A DNA stretch of 63,440 bases, the filler included, from Squatina squatina (Eukaryota): NCBI GenBank assembly GCA_031763465.1. It is 3 parts of 2 records of this genome, joined end to end, with 100 filler letters (N's around TTAATTAATTAA, not from the genome) between each part and the next. Parts side by side here need not be neighbours in the genome. Positions count along the whole stretch, not along the records: positions 31,055 to 46,205 come from JARFOE010000046.1; positions 46,306 to 63,440 come from JARFOE010000004.1; 1 more part is not named here. One strand, written 5' to 3'. Below, in pieces: positions 38,464 to 51,350 of this stretch; the stretch's first letter is position 1, and every line of letters begins with the position of its first letter. The notes beneath the pieces are model-generated. The model did no database searches, was not told where the DNA came from, and saw only the letters and a list, made by a program, of their open reading frames with translations. A program made the translations under genes and the position numbers.

Positions 38464-39232
38464 ATGTTTACTTTTGCTAATCTCTTCATTTTTACATACT
38501 TGTAAAAGCTCTTACAATCTATTTTTATATTTCTTGTTAGTTTACTCTCATATTCTGTTTTCTCCCTTATTATTAATTTCTTGTTCATCCTTTGCTGATT
38601 TCTATATCCCTCCCAATCCTCAGGCTTACTACTCTTTTAATCTAATACTATCCTTAATTTCTCTAGTTGGCCATTCCTCAAGGGAATGGATATTCATTGA
38701 GAATTGTGAATTATTTCTTTAACTATTTGCCATTGCTTACCTACAGTCATATCTTTTAATCAAATTTCTCAACCTACCGCAGTCAACTCGCCCCTCATAC
38801 CTATGTATTTGGCTTTGTTTAAATTTAATTCCCTAGTTTCAGATTTAACCACATCACTCTCAAACTTATTATGAAATTCTACCATATTATGATTACTTTT
38901 CCCCAGAGGATCCTTTACTTTAAGATTACTAATTAACTCTGACTAATTATACAATGCTGGATAAAAAAATAAATCCTGTTCCCCAGTTGTTTCCTCAATT
39001 ATTGTTCCAGAAGAATGCCTTGAATGCATTATATGAACTTGTCCTCCAAGCTACTTTTGCCAATTTGGTTTGCCCAGTCTATATGTAGATTAAAGTTCCC
39101 CATGGTAATGGCTTTATGCTTGTCACATGCTATTCTAATTTCCTGATTCATACTCTGTCCAACACTATGATTACTGTTCAGGGGTCTATAAACTATTCCA
39201 CCAGTGTTTTCTGCCCTTTGTTGGATTCAAAT
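38464..39232 (-). mobile_element. Degenerate CR1-type LINE ORF2 (endonuclease / linker region)
   Basis: Minus peptide KKLIIREKTEYESKLTRNIKIDCKSFYKYVKMKRLAKVN plus upstream MGNFNLHIDW-like sequence; a related piece lies at 37429-37620. Confidence 0.75.
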
Positions 39233-39260
39233 GTTTGCTTTGTCGTGGCTNNNNNNNNNN

Positions 39261-40504
39261 AGAAGAGGCTGTGATGGCCATTAACAGAGAGAAGGTAAGG
39301 TGTGGGACTAATATTGAATGGAGAATTGGGGTTGTGTTCACTGTACTGCAGGTGCTTGGTTCGACCCTGGATACCCCAGCCAGAAAGGGGCAGTCTGGGT
39401 TGCCTCCTTCCTTCCGCTCGGTCCTCCTCCTCTTCCTCTTCCTTCTCCTCCTCTTCCTCCTCCTCTTCCTCCTTCTCCTTCATCTGCTCCTGAATTGGTG
39501 ACCATATCCCTGGTGGCAAGGGCTGTGTCCTCATGATGGCCATGTTGTGGCGGATACAGCAGACCACCACAAATTGGGACATATGCGCACTGTAGGGGTC
39601 TTGCAGAGTGGTCCAGACAGCGGAACCGTTTCTTTAGCATCCCAATGGTCTGCTCTATGATGTTTCCTGTGCTAACATGGCTATCGTTGTACTCACGTTG
39701 CTCACGTGTGGTTGGGTTGCAGAGCAAAGTCATAGGTCAGGCGGTCAAGGGATAGCCCTTGTCGCCCACTAGCCACCTTCTGATTTGTCTTGGTGGCAAA
39801 GACTGAGGAAACAGTGAACTGGCGCAGAATAAAACCAGGATACTGGCCATTCACCATTATGATGTGCTGAGCATGGCAGCACACCAACTGCACATTCAGT
39901 GAGTGGTAACCTTTGCGGTTGTGGTATATCTCAGTATTTAGATATTGTGCCCACAAAGCCATGTGCGTGCAGTCAATGGCACCCTGCACCATTGGGAAGT
40001 CCGCTATCCTGGCAAAGCATGTATATTCTGTCTGCTTCTCTCTGGTCAGAGAGAAGCCAATTAACTTCCTCTGCTAGCATAAAAAGTGTCTGTCGGCTCT
40101 TTTATACTCCAGTGGACGGCAAACTATGAAGTGTTACAAATGCTCCCTGCTCCAGCCTGGAAGGATCCCAACACAAAGAAATTCAGGGCCATGGTTACCT
40201 TCACAGCCACTGGCAGTGATGCCCTTTCCCTGGAGTGAGGCTGCAGGTCTGGTTGCAAAAGGTGGCAGAGTTCTGTGAGCACCTCCTTCATAAAGTGCAG
40301 ATGCCTCACACGCTGCTCCTGGCTCAGGTTGAGGTAAAAGAATTGCTCACAGGAGACATTATGTGGGTAAGGCCTCCTGCTGAGAGCCCTTTTCCCACTC
40401 CTCCTCCTCTCTCTGCAAGCAGCTTGTCCTATTCGTTGCTACCTCTGCTCCATCTCCCTGTCATGCTGAAGCCCAAGGGAGATGGCAACTGGAGCACCCA
40501 GGAT
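39261..40504 (-). mobile_element. PIF/Harbinger transposase pseudogene
   Basis: EVLTELCHLLQPDL...LPVAVKVTMALNFF, VQGAIDCTHMAL...NRKGYHSLNVQLVC, NIIEQTIGMLKKRFRCLD and an acidic poly-E tail; frameshifted. Confidence 0.9.
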
Positions 40505-41977
40505 NNNNNNNNNNNNNNNNNNNNNNNNNNNNNNNNNNNNNNNNNNNNNNNNNNNNNNNNNNNNNNNNNNNNNNNNNNNNNNNNNNNNNNNNNNNNNNNN
40601 NNNNCAGTGTGCCAAGCCCAATTGGGGAAATCAAAAAATTTTTGCTGGATGCTGCTTTTGCGCCCGGGTACCGCTGCTGTTTGGCGCTACCCGGGCACGA
40701 CAGCAGACAAATTGGGCCCCCCTAATGTCTTCAAGTGGAAGGATTGGCAATCTGGCCCATAGCACTTGCTGAGGCCTACGAAGCTGCAGCTCCTGTCAAC
40801 TTCACAGCTCTTCTGCCATTTTAAGATTCCTCTCCACCTCTTCGCGTGCTCTAGTAGTGGTCCAGCTGTGGTCTCTCCCAATATGCTGCAGTGGCATTGG
40901 TAGGCTCTCTCTTAGCAACGGGAATTCCTCCAGGTGCCTGCATACATGGGTAATTAGCCCTAACCCAAGATATTGGTTTGGGGTTGCAGCGGTGTCGGTG
41001 GGTCGGACAGATGTTCTGCATGCAGAGCAAAATCCAGCCATTATATTTGAAAAGCACTGAAAATTAATGGTAACAGCACAATGCATGGCAGTACAGTTAA
41101 TATGCATAGTTATACAAAGATGTTGCTCTGNNNNNNNNNNTGCACAAAGCATTCGTAATAAATTGGATGAATTGAACATAATTCACAAAGTTTAATAGAC
41201 TAGAAAAGAATCAGTACAGACACATACCTTCCTTAAAAATTACTTATAAGATGTGTGATGTCAATATGTGTTAAACTAATGATTCAACAAAGGCACATGC
41301 AATGCTTTAGTAAACCTAATATCCCTGGTTACAGTTCCAAAGAACATATACTACACCTCATTAAAGACAGCCATTGATGTAACTATTGTCGGATATGGGA
41401 GATACATAACCATTATTACAGCCATCAAGCCATACCAAATTGTGCATAACATTTCCATTAGAAATGGAATCACCGATACTGAATCCTTGGTGCAACCGCA
41501 GTGCACCGACTGTGTGACATGACTGTATGCGAGGTTCACAACAGATGTTGACATTCTTCAATCTCAAACATAATGCCTTGCACGTGCATGGGATTTGAGA
41601 TTAGAATCAGACGTACATAAATCATCAACATTCACCTGAACCAGTGAGCAATGAAATCAGAAAAGTTTCAACCCAATTAGATCAAACACAAATGTTTTAA
41701 GCAGAGTTCATGCAAGACATTTTACTCCATTACGTTTAGGAAAAGCTATCTGTTTAGTACACCCTCCCATCTCCCGCATAGCAGATGAATGGATGACTAT
41801 ACTTGGTAGATGATGGCAACTGAAGGACAATGGTGGGCTTCAAAGCACAACATAAGTGGAGAGAATGATGTTNNNNNNNNNNNNNNNNNNNNNNNNNNNN
41901 NNNNNNNNNNNNNNNNNNNNNNNNNNNNNNNNNNNNNNNNNNNNNNNNNNNNNNNNNNNNNNNNNNNNNNNNTGTCC

Positions 41978-42014
41978 AGTTCTGACAAAAGGTCATTGAC
42001 CTGAAACGTTAACT
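41978..42014 (+). ncRNA. Minimal hammerhead ribozyme copy with a core substitution, in a Penelope terminal repeat (to about 42100)
   Basis: AGTT-CTGACAA-AAGGTCATTGACCT-GAAA-CGTT-AACT. Stems I and II are perfect; core reads CUGACAA (G8 to A, consistent with CpG decay). Confidence 0.65.
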
Positions 42015-45000
42015 CGATTTCTCTCTCCACAGATGCTGCCTGGCCTGCTGAGTATTTCCAGCATTATTTCAGATTTCCAGCATCCACAGTATTTTGTTTC
42101 TGGACCAATCTCTTGTATCTCTGCATACATTCCAAAGGGAGCAAAGCAAACTGCTTGCATAACAATAAATACTAAAGGATTACTTTTCAACTAAAGAATG
42201 TGCTTTTAGTTTCAGCATCTTCAGCCTAAATTTGTATTTCAGAGTAGGGTTCCCAATTTTTTCTGTGTGGAAGATCCACTACAAATTATGACACACTCCT
42301 GGATACACACCATTCCAATTTCTCAAAGATAGTTCCAGTTACTCAAAGGAAAACAGTGCTATTCCTGCAGAAAACATTGACTGAAACCTTCAAACATTAG
42401 CTTTGTCACCTCCAGACTTGAATATGCCATGTTTTCATCATTCACCCTCCAGAAGATTCAGCTCACATCTTTTTATTCCCTTTTCTCTCCTGTATTTGTC
42501 TAGTTTTCTTTTGAAAGCATCTAAGCTATTTGACTCAACCACTTCCTGTTGCAAAATATTTCATCCAAAATAAATAACAGCAATGAATTCTGGCCAGCTC
42601 ACCATTGCATTGCCTCTCCTGCTGCAACACAGGACACTTGGAAGAGGGAGGTATTTAAAGCAATGCTCTTGCCAAAGCAAATTCTTGCCAATGAACTGGA
42701 TTAATCATATTCGAGAAAAATCTGAACAAGTTCATAAATTGTCAGCATTGTAATACATCTTTTTAAATGTTACTGTTAAATTATTGCCATAAAATTATTC
42801 TCCATCTAAATACTCCAAAATACCTATATTAAAAATGTTACATCGGTGTGTGTTTTCTGTATATAAAACCTTACATCATGTTGTCACATTTTTATCACAC
42901 TTTTGTGTCAACCTTCCATTAAAAATTCCAGTATCCACATTTATAATAGCTACTGCCTCTTGCAATTTTGTCACACTGTAATTACATCCTCCCACTCACA
43001 GTGGCATAACAACTCCTCAGTTTTGCATCTCCCAGCTCATCAATCTGTACTGCAGAGAAACTACTTTGCTTCAATCTACTCTACTCTTCTGCTTCTCAAA
43101 ATACAGTAACGTTTTGCTATTTAACTTTAAAATGGTATCAAATCAAAGTATTATATAAATATAAAAACCGAATGCATGACTTTAAAATGGGTACTGAATT
43201 ACATCTGTGCTCCCTGATCCAATTATTCCATCCCCTATAAACCTGATTCACCTGAAGGCTACCCTTGGTTTTATCTCCATGTGTAACGCCACGGGAGACT
43301 GACTCGCAATTAATGAAAGTTGAGGAATCCAATCGGTTACAAAGTGGTCACTAACCCATTTTCTTAGTGTCTGTTTTCAATGTCAAAGCAGCACTGTTTT
43401 AACGGAGCTTGTTCCAAACTATCTGGGACTAGCTTGCTATTAGCATCTTCCAAACTGCAAATATGGAGCTTTAAGCTAACTGAAGTTATTGCAGTGTGCT
43501 TTACTCATTCTCTGTTCCGGCTGTACGTGCCAGCACTATATTTATCAAAAGACCTTACCTCAAAATTGAATAATATAGAGAATGCATTTTGTCATATAAG
43601 TGTGTGGAGTTCTTTCTCCAATTTTAAGTCCCAGTGTCATTTACTTTGTTACTTGTGGCCCTGTATTTTTTCTCATACATACAGGAATGAGGGCAGAACA
43701 AGAAAAACTATGGAAAAAATTAAACTGTCAAGATATTTTGTTTCAAGGTTAAATTACTCTGTAACTTTCCAAGGTTCCCTGTTTCTGCCTCAAACCACTA
43801 CACGTCCCTTCTCAGCTGGGACAGCAGAAGCTGTGAACCTTGCTGTAGCCACTGTCAATGCTACTCTGGAGTCTTTCAGCTGCTAACAGCAGGCAGATAT
43901 TTTTGGTCTTTCTCTGCACGCCTCTTTCTTTTTAGTTTCTGAATATATCTCATTCTCTTCTTTTTGCACACTTTCTGTATTTTTTCCCTTTCTTTTCATC
44001 GGCTAATCCTTCAATGGTTTGGTCTCATTTTGTTTTTCTCTGTTTCTCAATCATGTCTTCCTTTTCACTGTACTTCTGGGTTTTTTTTAATTTCCCTCTC
44101 CCCTTATTACTAATTCAAAATAAATATTCAAAACACACTTTCCTCTCCTACTCTTTGGTAAAGCTGGCAGTGGTTGAGTATGCAAAACCAGGCATATTGC
44201 ACCAACTTGGAAAATTAGCCCCCTAAGGTTGGCCCAGAGAAGCCCCGCACCCAACAAAAACTGGGCAACATTGTTTTAGAAATTAGTGGTAAATGGGGGC
44301 CATTCAAGATGTATTATCTCACACAATGCTTTATTACGGACATAGGAGGGGAAATTTTCCAGTCGCGCACTCTTGGCGAGGGGCCTCGCACACTGGGAAC
44401 GCACAACAGCGAAATCGCTCAGCTCGTCGATTGCCATCCATGGAGGATATTGGCTGGCAAATCGTGGGCTGTGCGAGTGCGATTTCCCAATATCACTCGC
44501 TGGCAGCCAAGGGTCCATATCAGGGGTGTGCAAGTGGAAAAGACTTATCCGCGGATTAAATTACCAGGCAAAGCCATTGAAGCGAATAGAATAAAAAGCA
44601 CCGAGATGTGCTTGTGGGCATATGGCGTGAAGACAGGAAAGTAAGATCAAGATCAGTCCAATCTTCCAGAAGAAAAATCCTTTTTGATAATATTTGCGAA
44701 CCACTTGGGATTGACTCTCATAGTTGCTGANNNNNNNNNNNNNNNNNNNNNNNNNNNNNNNNNNNNNNNNNNNNNNNNNNNNNNNNNNNNNNNNNNNNNN
44801 NNNNNNNNNNNNNNNNNNNNNNNNNNNNNNCTAAATGTGAACAGCTATTTGTATTGGCAGCTTTAGGCAACCTAAAGATAAAGCCTTGAAAGCAAATAGA
44901 TTTTCAGTTGAAATAAAAGATTTTGTCAGTGATAGAAGGCAGGAGAGCTTTTTCGCTGCATGGTGCTTTAGCTGTGCTTTCTCAAAGGACAGCAGGACAT

Positions 45001-45225
45001 TGAGAGATTTATAACAGTACTGGGTGCAATAAGGAGCAGGTGTAAAATGTAATCAATGATGTCGGGAAATGTTAATAGCAAGATTTTCTATCTCAAAGTG
45101 CCTTTGTTCATTTACTTTTAATTAATGTGTTTTTTCCCAAGACAAGGAGAGAGAAAACATGGTGAGGCTGCCAGTTAAAATAACTTAAAAGGTAAGTAGG
45201 GATCATTCATTAATTTAAAGTTATA

Positions 45226-45838
45226 GGGCTAGAAATTCAGCTATGGTGCGCCCCATTAGCTCCTCTGCGGGGCGCTAATGGGACGAAACATGACAAAATG
45301 GCACCGGGAGGTGGTCATCTTGTCTCCCGGGGAATTCACCTGGGGCACAAAGGTCTTTACTCCTGGCCCGGTGAATTCTGCGGCGGGTCGGCGTACGACA
45401 TCATAAAGACGAGCACCAACCCGCACTGTGCAGCCGCGCCCCCTTTGCGCTCCATTTGCGTCACGCGGGTGGAAGTTTGCAGCGACAGCAAAACCTGTCA
45501 GTGCAATGGCCCTCTTAAAGGGAAGGGCCTGTCCGTCTGCGGCCAGCATCTTTATTTGTGGGCCGACTCTCATGTCGGCCGACTGATGGCGGACCATGGC
45601 CCGCTCGGGCCACCATTCCCTCACTTGGCACGTCGACTGGCGTGTCAACCTGGTGTTCTGATCGCCGTCGCCCCTGGTGGCCCAGTGACGGGCTGCAGGG
45701 TGCCATCTGGATGGCCAGCGGCCCTCCCCTTTAAGGGAGGCCTGGCAGCGCTGCTGACATCAGCGCGCTGTGTCTGACATCAGCACGCAGCAAAGCCGAC
45801 GCGGTGCAGCTGATGTCGCTAGCGTGGCGCTGAGGTCA
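45226..45838. mobile_element. GC/CpG-rich non-autonomous DNA-transposon-like repeat
   Basis: Starts gggctagaaattc, with an abrupt GC-rich block in AT-rich DNA; related reverse-orientation end gcgccccctggagg...gaatttcggcccc at 60284-60576. Confidence 0.55.
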
Positions 45839-46205
45839 CAGAAGTACAGCACAGAAACAGGCCAGTCGGCCCAACTGTTTCATGTCAGTGCCTATGCTCC
45901 ACACAAGCCGTCTCCCACCCCTCTTTATCGAATCCTATCAACATAATCTTCTAGTCCTTTCTTCCTCATGTGTTTATCCAGCTTCTATTTAAATGCATCT
46001 ATGCTATTCGCCTCAACTACTCCATGTGGTAGCGAGTTCCACATTCTAATCTCTCTCAGGGTAAAGATGTTTCTCCTGAATTCCCTGTTGGATTTTTTAG
46101 TAACTATCTTTTATTTATGGCCCCTAGTTTTGGTCTCCCCCACAAGTGGAACATCTTGTCTACGTCTACCCTATCAAACCTCTTCATAACCTTCAAGATC
46201 TCCAT

Positions 46206-46305
46206 NNNNNNNNNNNNNNNNNNNNNNNNNNNNNNNNNNNNNNNNNNNNTTAATTAATTAANNNNNNNNNNNNNNNNNNNNNNNNNNNNNNNNNNNNNNN
46301 NNNNN
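46206..46305. other. Artificial junction spacer N44-TTAATTAATTAA-N44
   Basis: Identical to the spacer at 30955. Confidence 0.92.
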
Positions 46306-46391
46306 GTGGGGGAGGAAAAGAGTAGGAGATTGTATATGAATCCAGGTGAGCATATCTGCAGAAAAGGAGAGAATTTAAAAAAAAAGTCTCA

Positions 46392-46790
46392 TCAACACCT
46401 GGCATTTATATAGCGCCTTTAACATAGTAAAATGTCCCAAGGCACTTCACAGGAGCGATTATCAGACAGAATTTGACACCGAGCCACTTAAGGAGATATT
46501 AGGACAAGTGGTCAAAGCTTGGTCAAAGAGGTAGGCGTTAAGGAGTGTCTTAAAAGGAGAGAGAGGTAGAGAGGCTGAGTAGTTTAGAGAGGGAATTCCA
46601 GAGCTGAGGGTCCTGGCAGCCAAAGGCACCACTGCCAATGGTGGAGCGATTAAAATCGTGGATGCTCAAGAGGCCAGAATTGGAGGAGCGCAGAGATCTC
46701 ACAAGGACGTGGGGCTGGAGGAGGCTACAGAGATAGGGAGGGGCAAGGCCATGGAGGGATTTGAAAACAAGAATGTGAATTTTTTTTTAA
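46392..46790 (-). mobile_element. L2-type LINE 3' end
   Basis: gcatttatatagcgcctttaacatagtaaaatgtcccaaggcacttcacaggagcgattatc...gggaattccagagc; same family at 48010-48535 and 50730-51350. Confidence 0.75.
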
Positions 46791-48702
46791 AAAGTCAACA
46801 CTTCAGGACACTGGAACATTCTTGTAAAACTTTAGCAGCGCACTTAATGTATTATCTTTAGAAGTACATTAGTATATTAGGTTAGCCATTTATTTAGTTT
46901 CATTGTAAGTGAGAGCTTAATATCACCTCAGCCATTGCTATGACTTCTTGGTATTTGTTCGTTGAGCTGAAGGAGTTTTGCAGTGAGTCATAGTCAGGCA
47001 CCCTGTGAAACACTTAACTCTTTCACTGGACTCACAGCTTGCACAATATATCAGTAGCCCATCTCATACAACACAAAACTGTACCTCAGTCCTCACAACC
47101 TCCTTTCATCAGAGATGGCAAGGTTACAGAAGCATATCCACTGATTTTAATATTGATTTCAACCGATTTTTTTGACTGGCCACCAACAGGTTTGAAATGA
47201 AGAATTGATGCACTTCATAGGGTTCCTTTATGAGTTAAAGACTGTTACCATGGTTGCAATGGATTTCCTTCTATGTAGGAAAAGGTTGTGATCTGTAATT
47301 TCTGTTAGCTAAGGGTTACAGAACCAATGTAAATGGAGTTAAGATACAGATCAGCCACAATCTAATTGAATGGCGGAACAGGCTGGAGGGGCAGAATGGC
47401 CTCCTCCTGTTCTTATGTTGTTCCCTATAGGACTATGGAGCAGCAGTTCAGGAAAGCAGGCCCAACAATAGCAATATACAGCTTGCAGAGTTGGGCACCA
47501 AACCCTCTGCAGTGACTAACTCTTTATTTTAACTTGAAGCTGGACGAGGTGAAGTCTTTATCAGTTCTGTTTTAGAACTTAAAGAACATTCTGAGGCCAC
47601 ACTATTCTATCGTTGTCGCACCAGCTGAGCTGATTTTCTACTAGCATTGTTTTTCTTCCAGTCCAAGGAGTGCAATTCTTGTGTCTCCCATTCAGATTTC
47701 TCATCGGGAGCCAGGCGCCACATATAATTGCAGAGGAGGGCAGATGGTCCGCTCCCCGCTTGCAAAACGAGTGCCCCTTGACCTAATGGCAGATTCATCG
47801 ACTCAAGTTTTTGTGGATCTACATTTCTCTCAGTTCTCCGCAAGTTGGGTCACTTGTACTTAGTGTAGTTGATGAAACAAAAACAGCATGTCTGCAGTCA
47901 GTGGCACTCCTCTAATATAAAAGGGCCTCATTACCCTCTCAAGGGTAATCGTCTTCCTTTGATTAGACAACCACAACTACAAGCACTCCTCCAGATGCCA
48001 TTATACAATAACAACAACTTGCATTTATAAAGCACCTTTAACTTTGTAAAAAGTCCCAAGCACTTCACAAGAGTGTTATCTAGCAAAATATGACACCGAG
48101 TGATGCAACCATGCCATCATACTCTTACTTTTGTATGAATAATATATTTCACATCTTTATGATTGCAAATTTCACACAAAAGCACAGGAATAGCTTTCTT
48201 GGCTGCAAACATTTATTAAATATTTAAACTCTTGTATGCCGTAAGTAATTGTTTGTCTACATATTAGTTTCATCTATTTCCTATTCGGACAGGTGGCCAA
48301 AAGCTTGGTAGAAGAGGTATGTTTTAAGGAGCGTCTTAAAGGAGGAGTGAGAGGTTTATGGAGGGAATTCCAGAGCTTAGGGCCTAGGTAGTTGAAGGTA
48401 TGGCCGCCAATGGTGGAGCGATTGTAATCAGGGGCCGGATTTGGAGGCACGCAGAGATCTTGGAGGGATGTAGTGCTGAAGGAGATTACAGAGGTAGGGA
48501 GGGACAAGGTGATGGAGGGATTTAAAAACAAGAATGACCGAAACAATTAGTCATTTCTTTTTAATTTGTTCAGGCAGCATATTTGAAATGCTACCCTTTT
48601 TGTGTTTGAGTGCACTTAGTAAAGCTCCATCCAGCAATGTGCAGAGGTTTCCAATTGAAAGTAAGAGACTACTTCTAACTCTGTATTAATGTGTTTCCAC
48701 AG

Positions 48703-48891
48703 GACAACCCAACACCCAGCAAGCATGAATGGGATACTTACAAGAACCCTAGTGACTACCAACACTATTCGCCAATGAATGTATTGGATGCAAATGCGAA
48801 AGAAGCATTAGAGTTAAGACAAGCGGAATGGGAAAAGTGTCTCTCTATACCCTTAGACGTGCAGGAAGGGGATTTTCAAACTGAAGTTTAA
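48703..48891 (+). CDS. ADGRB3: Adhesion GPCR B3 (BAI3) terminal coding exon
   Basis: Acceptor gtttccacag|. [62 protein letters not shown] matches the recalled human end [27 protein letters not shown] (PDZ-binding motif); LMBRD1 is adjacent as in human. Confidence 0.95.
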   Translation, partial: DNPTPSKHEWDTYKNPSDYQHYSPMNVLDANAKEALELRQAEWEKCLSIPLDVQEGDFQTEV

Positions 48892-49484
48892 ATTCAAGTC
48901 AATCACAAGTAAAATCTCTTGCACTTGCACTTCAAAAATTTTTACAAAAGCCTGGTCTGTATGTCTGGACTCTCTTAGAGTAATTTAGGGACTTTATGCA
49001 CCAGGAGTAAGATGTCCATGTCTTTAACATTTCTCACTACCTTATTTAGTGAGAATACAAGATGTACAATTATTACCATCATGTGTTGTACGTTAATGTG
49101 GAATGAATTTGTAAGGTAATCTTTATAGATAAACCTCAAGCAAAGATACANNNNNNNNNNNNNNNNNNNNNNNNNNNNNNNNNNNNNNNNNNNNNNNNNN
49201 NNNNNNNNNNNNNNNNNNNNNNNNNNNNNNNNNNNNNNNNNNNNNNNNNNNNNNNNNNNNNNNNNNNNNNNNNNNNNNNNNNNNNNNNNNNNNNNNNNNN
49301 NNNNNNNNNNNNNNNNNNNNNNNNNNNNNNNNNNNNNNNNNNNNNNNNNNNNNNNAGTAATACTCTCACTTTTATATGAATAATATATTTCACATCTTTA
49401 TTATTGCAGATTTCACACGAAAGCGCAGAAATAGCTTTCTTGGCTGCAAACGTGTATAAAATATTTAAAATGTTGTATGGTGTA

Positions 49485-49490
49485 AATAAA
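49485..49490 (+). promoter_or_regulatory. Candidate ADGRB3 polyadenylation signal AATAAA
   Basis: AATAAA about 600 bp after the stop codon, followed by T-rich sequence. Confidence 0.5.
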
Positions 49491-49959
49491 TTTTTGTCTA
49501 CATATTAGTTTCATCTACTTCCTACATTTTGTAGATTATTAGAGTCTGCATTTGACAATTATAGTTTACAGTCATTTCACAAATATAAGTATGCCCTTGG
49601 AACATCGGAACGGGACATTGAAGTTGGAAAAAAAAGACCCTCCAAATAAAAGACGGGCTCGAGACCTCCAACATATGCAGATTTCCATTCATACATGAGC
49701 TTTCAGGAACTTCCTCAACGCCTGCCTGAGTGTGCAAGTTGACGGTCGCGTTTCCTACATTACAAGTGACTACACTTCAAATAGTACTTCATTGGCTGTA
49801 GACCGCTTCGGGATGTCCTGAGGTTGTGTAAGGAGCTATATAAATAGAAGATCTTCCTTTCTTAGTGAGTAAAGAACCTTCTCGATATTAGACTGACCTC
49901 TACAAATCAGCACAGTCACTGATTTGATTTGCCCTCTTGCTTTTGGGTTAGCCTAGATT

Positions 49960-50225
49960 AGTAGTGGGTGCTAGGATAGGACAGTGCTTCTGGGGACCGG
50001 TGGGAAGGAATTAGCCAGCGTTCCCACTCCTGATTGTTATCTAGTGCCTCCTGCTAGACAGTGGGAATTGCATGAGGAGAGGATCAGTCTCAATCTGTGA
50101 CATCCACCCATGGTTGAATAGCAGGCCAGTACTCACCGCCTAGGCGCACACCACATGAAGCAAAATACTGGAGGTTGCAGCAGTATCCCAGCGAGGCTCA
50201 GCGCCTTCAGGAGAGGAGGAAAGGA
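49960..50225 (+). mobile_element. LF-SINE-like repeat fragment
   Basis: ttagccagcgttcccactcctgattgttatctagtgcctcctgctag...ggttgaatagc...cacatgaag; related pieces at 53630-53860, 7820-7866 and 60830-61030. Family name from recall only. Confidence 0.45.
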
Positions 50226-50729
50226 AATGTCACTCATTGCAGTCAACTTCTTCTGCACGCCACTGCCACACTTGACGTAACCATCTCAATCAAAACCGTG
50301 GCTCTCCACAGCCGAATCTGCTACTCCAGAATCATTCTTGGGAGTAAAGGCAACCTCAGACACCTCTTATCAGCCCCTTCTCTACACACTCCATCTTCAC
50401 CTCCAAAGCATTTATGGATTTTTCATCTCCTAACCTTCATACTATCCATTGCAACAGCCAAAACTATTTATTCTTCCTCATCACACCTATCACTGACTCC
50501 TCATAACTTTGTAGCTTCTCTCTCATCTCCTGTCCCACTCAGCAGACTCATGTCCTCCCTGAGACCTATTACGCACACTTCCTATAACATGTCCACCCAT
50601 TTCCTGACCACTCTACTACCTTTCCTTGCACCAGTACTTGCCGTCTTCACCTCATTTTCAAAATGCCCGCTCTCGACTCCTATGTTCCCCCAACTACTAC
50701 CCGATTTCTAATATACCTTTCCTATCCAA

Positions 50730-51350
50730 TAACAACTTATTTATATACTCCCTTTAACATAGTAAGACGTCACAAGGCACTTCACAGGAGCGATTATCAA
50801 ACAAAATTTGACACCGAGCCACATAAAGAGTTATTAAGGCAGGTCACCAAAAGCTTGGACAAAGAGGTAGGTTTTAAGTAGCGTCCTCAAGGAGGCGAGA
50901 GAGGTGGAGAGGCAGGGAATTCCAGAGCTTAGGGCCCAGGCAGCTGAAGGCACGGCCGCCAATAAAGAAGGAAAGACTTGCATTTATATAGCGCCTTTCA
51001 CAACCTCAGGACATCTCAAAGCGCTTTACAGCCAATGAAGAATTTTTGAAGTGGAGTCACTGTTGTAATGTAGGAAACACAGCAGCCAATTTGCGCACAG
51101 CAAGCTCCCACAAATGGCAGTGTGATAGTGACCAGATAACCTGTTTTTGTTATGTTGGTTAAGGGATAAATATTGGCCCAGGACGCAATTGCGGAGCGAA
51201 GAAAATCGGGGGATGCACAAGAGGCCTGAATTGGAGGAGCGCAGAGATCTCGGGGGCATTGTGGGGCTGGAAGAGGTTACAAAAATAGTGAGGGTCAAGG
51301 CCATGGAGGGATTTGAATAGAAGGAGGAGAATTTTAAAATTGAGGTGTGT
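50730..51350 (-). mobile_element. L2 3' end interrupted by the 3' half of a SacSINE1-like SINE (about 50965-51185)
   Basis: L2 sequence stops at cacggccgccaat and resumes at gcggagcgaagaaaatcgggggatg; the insert matches 15960-16180. Confidence 0.75.

Noticed and set aside
39193-39582. Poly-Glu protein ORF
   Set aside because: It is the acidic tail of the decayed Harbinger transposase.
41361-41635. Possible minus-strand terminal exon (VNVDDLCTSDSNLKSHARARHYV*)
   Set aside because: Only a plausible acceptor and a short frame; no recognisable homology.
45256-45777. CpG island or GC-rich ORFs suggesting a promoter or bacterial insert
   Set aside because: Begins with a transposon-like terminus and resembles the GC-rich repeat at 60284-60576; no protein motif.
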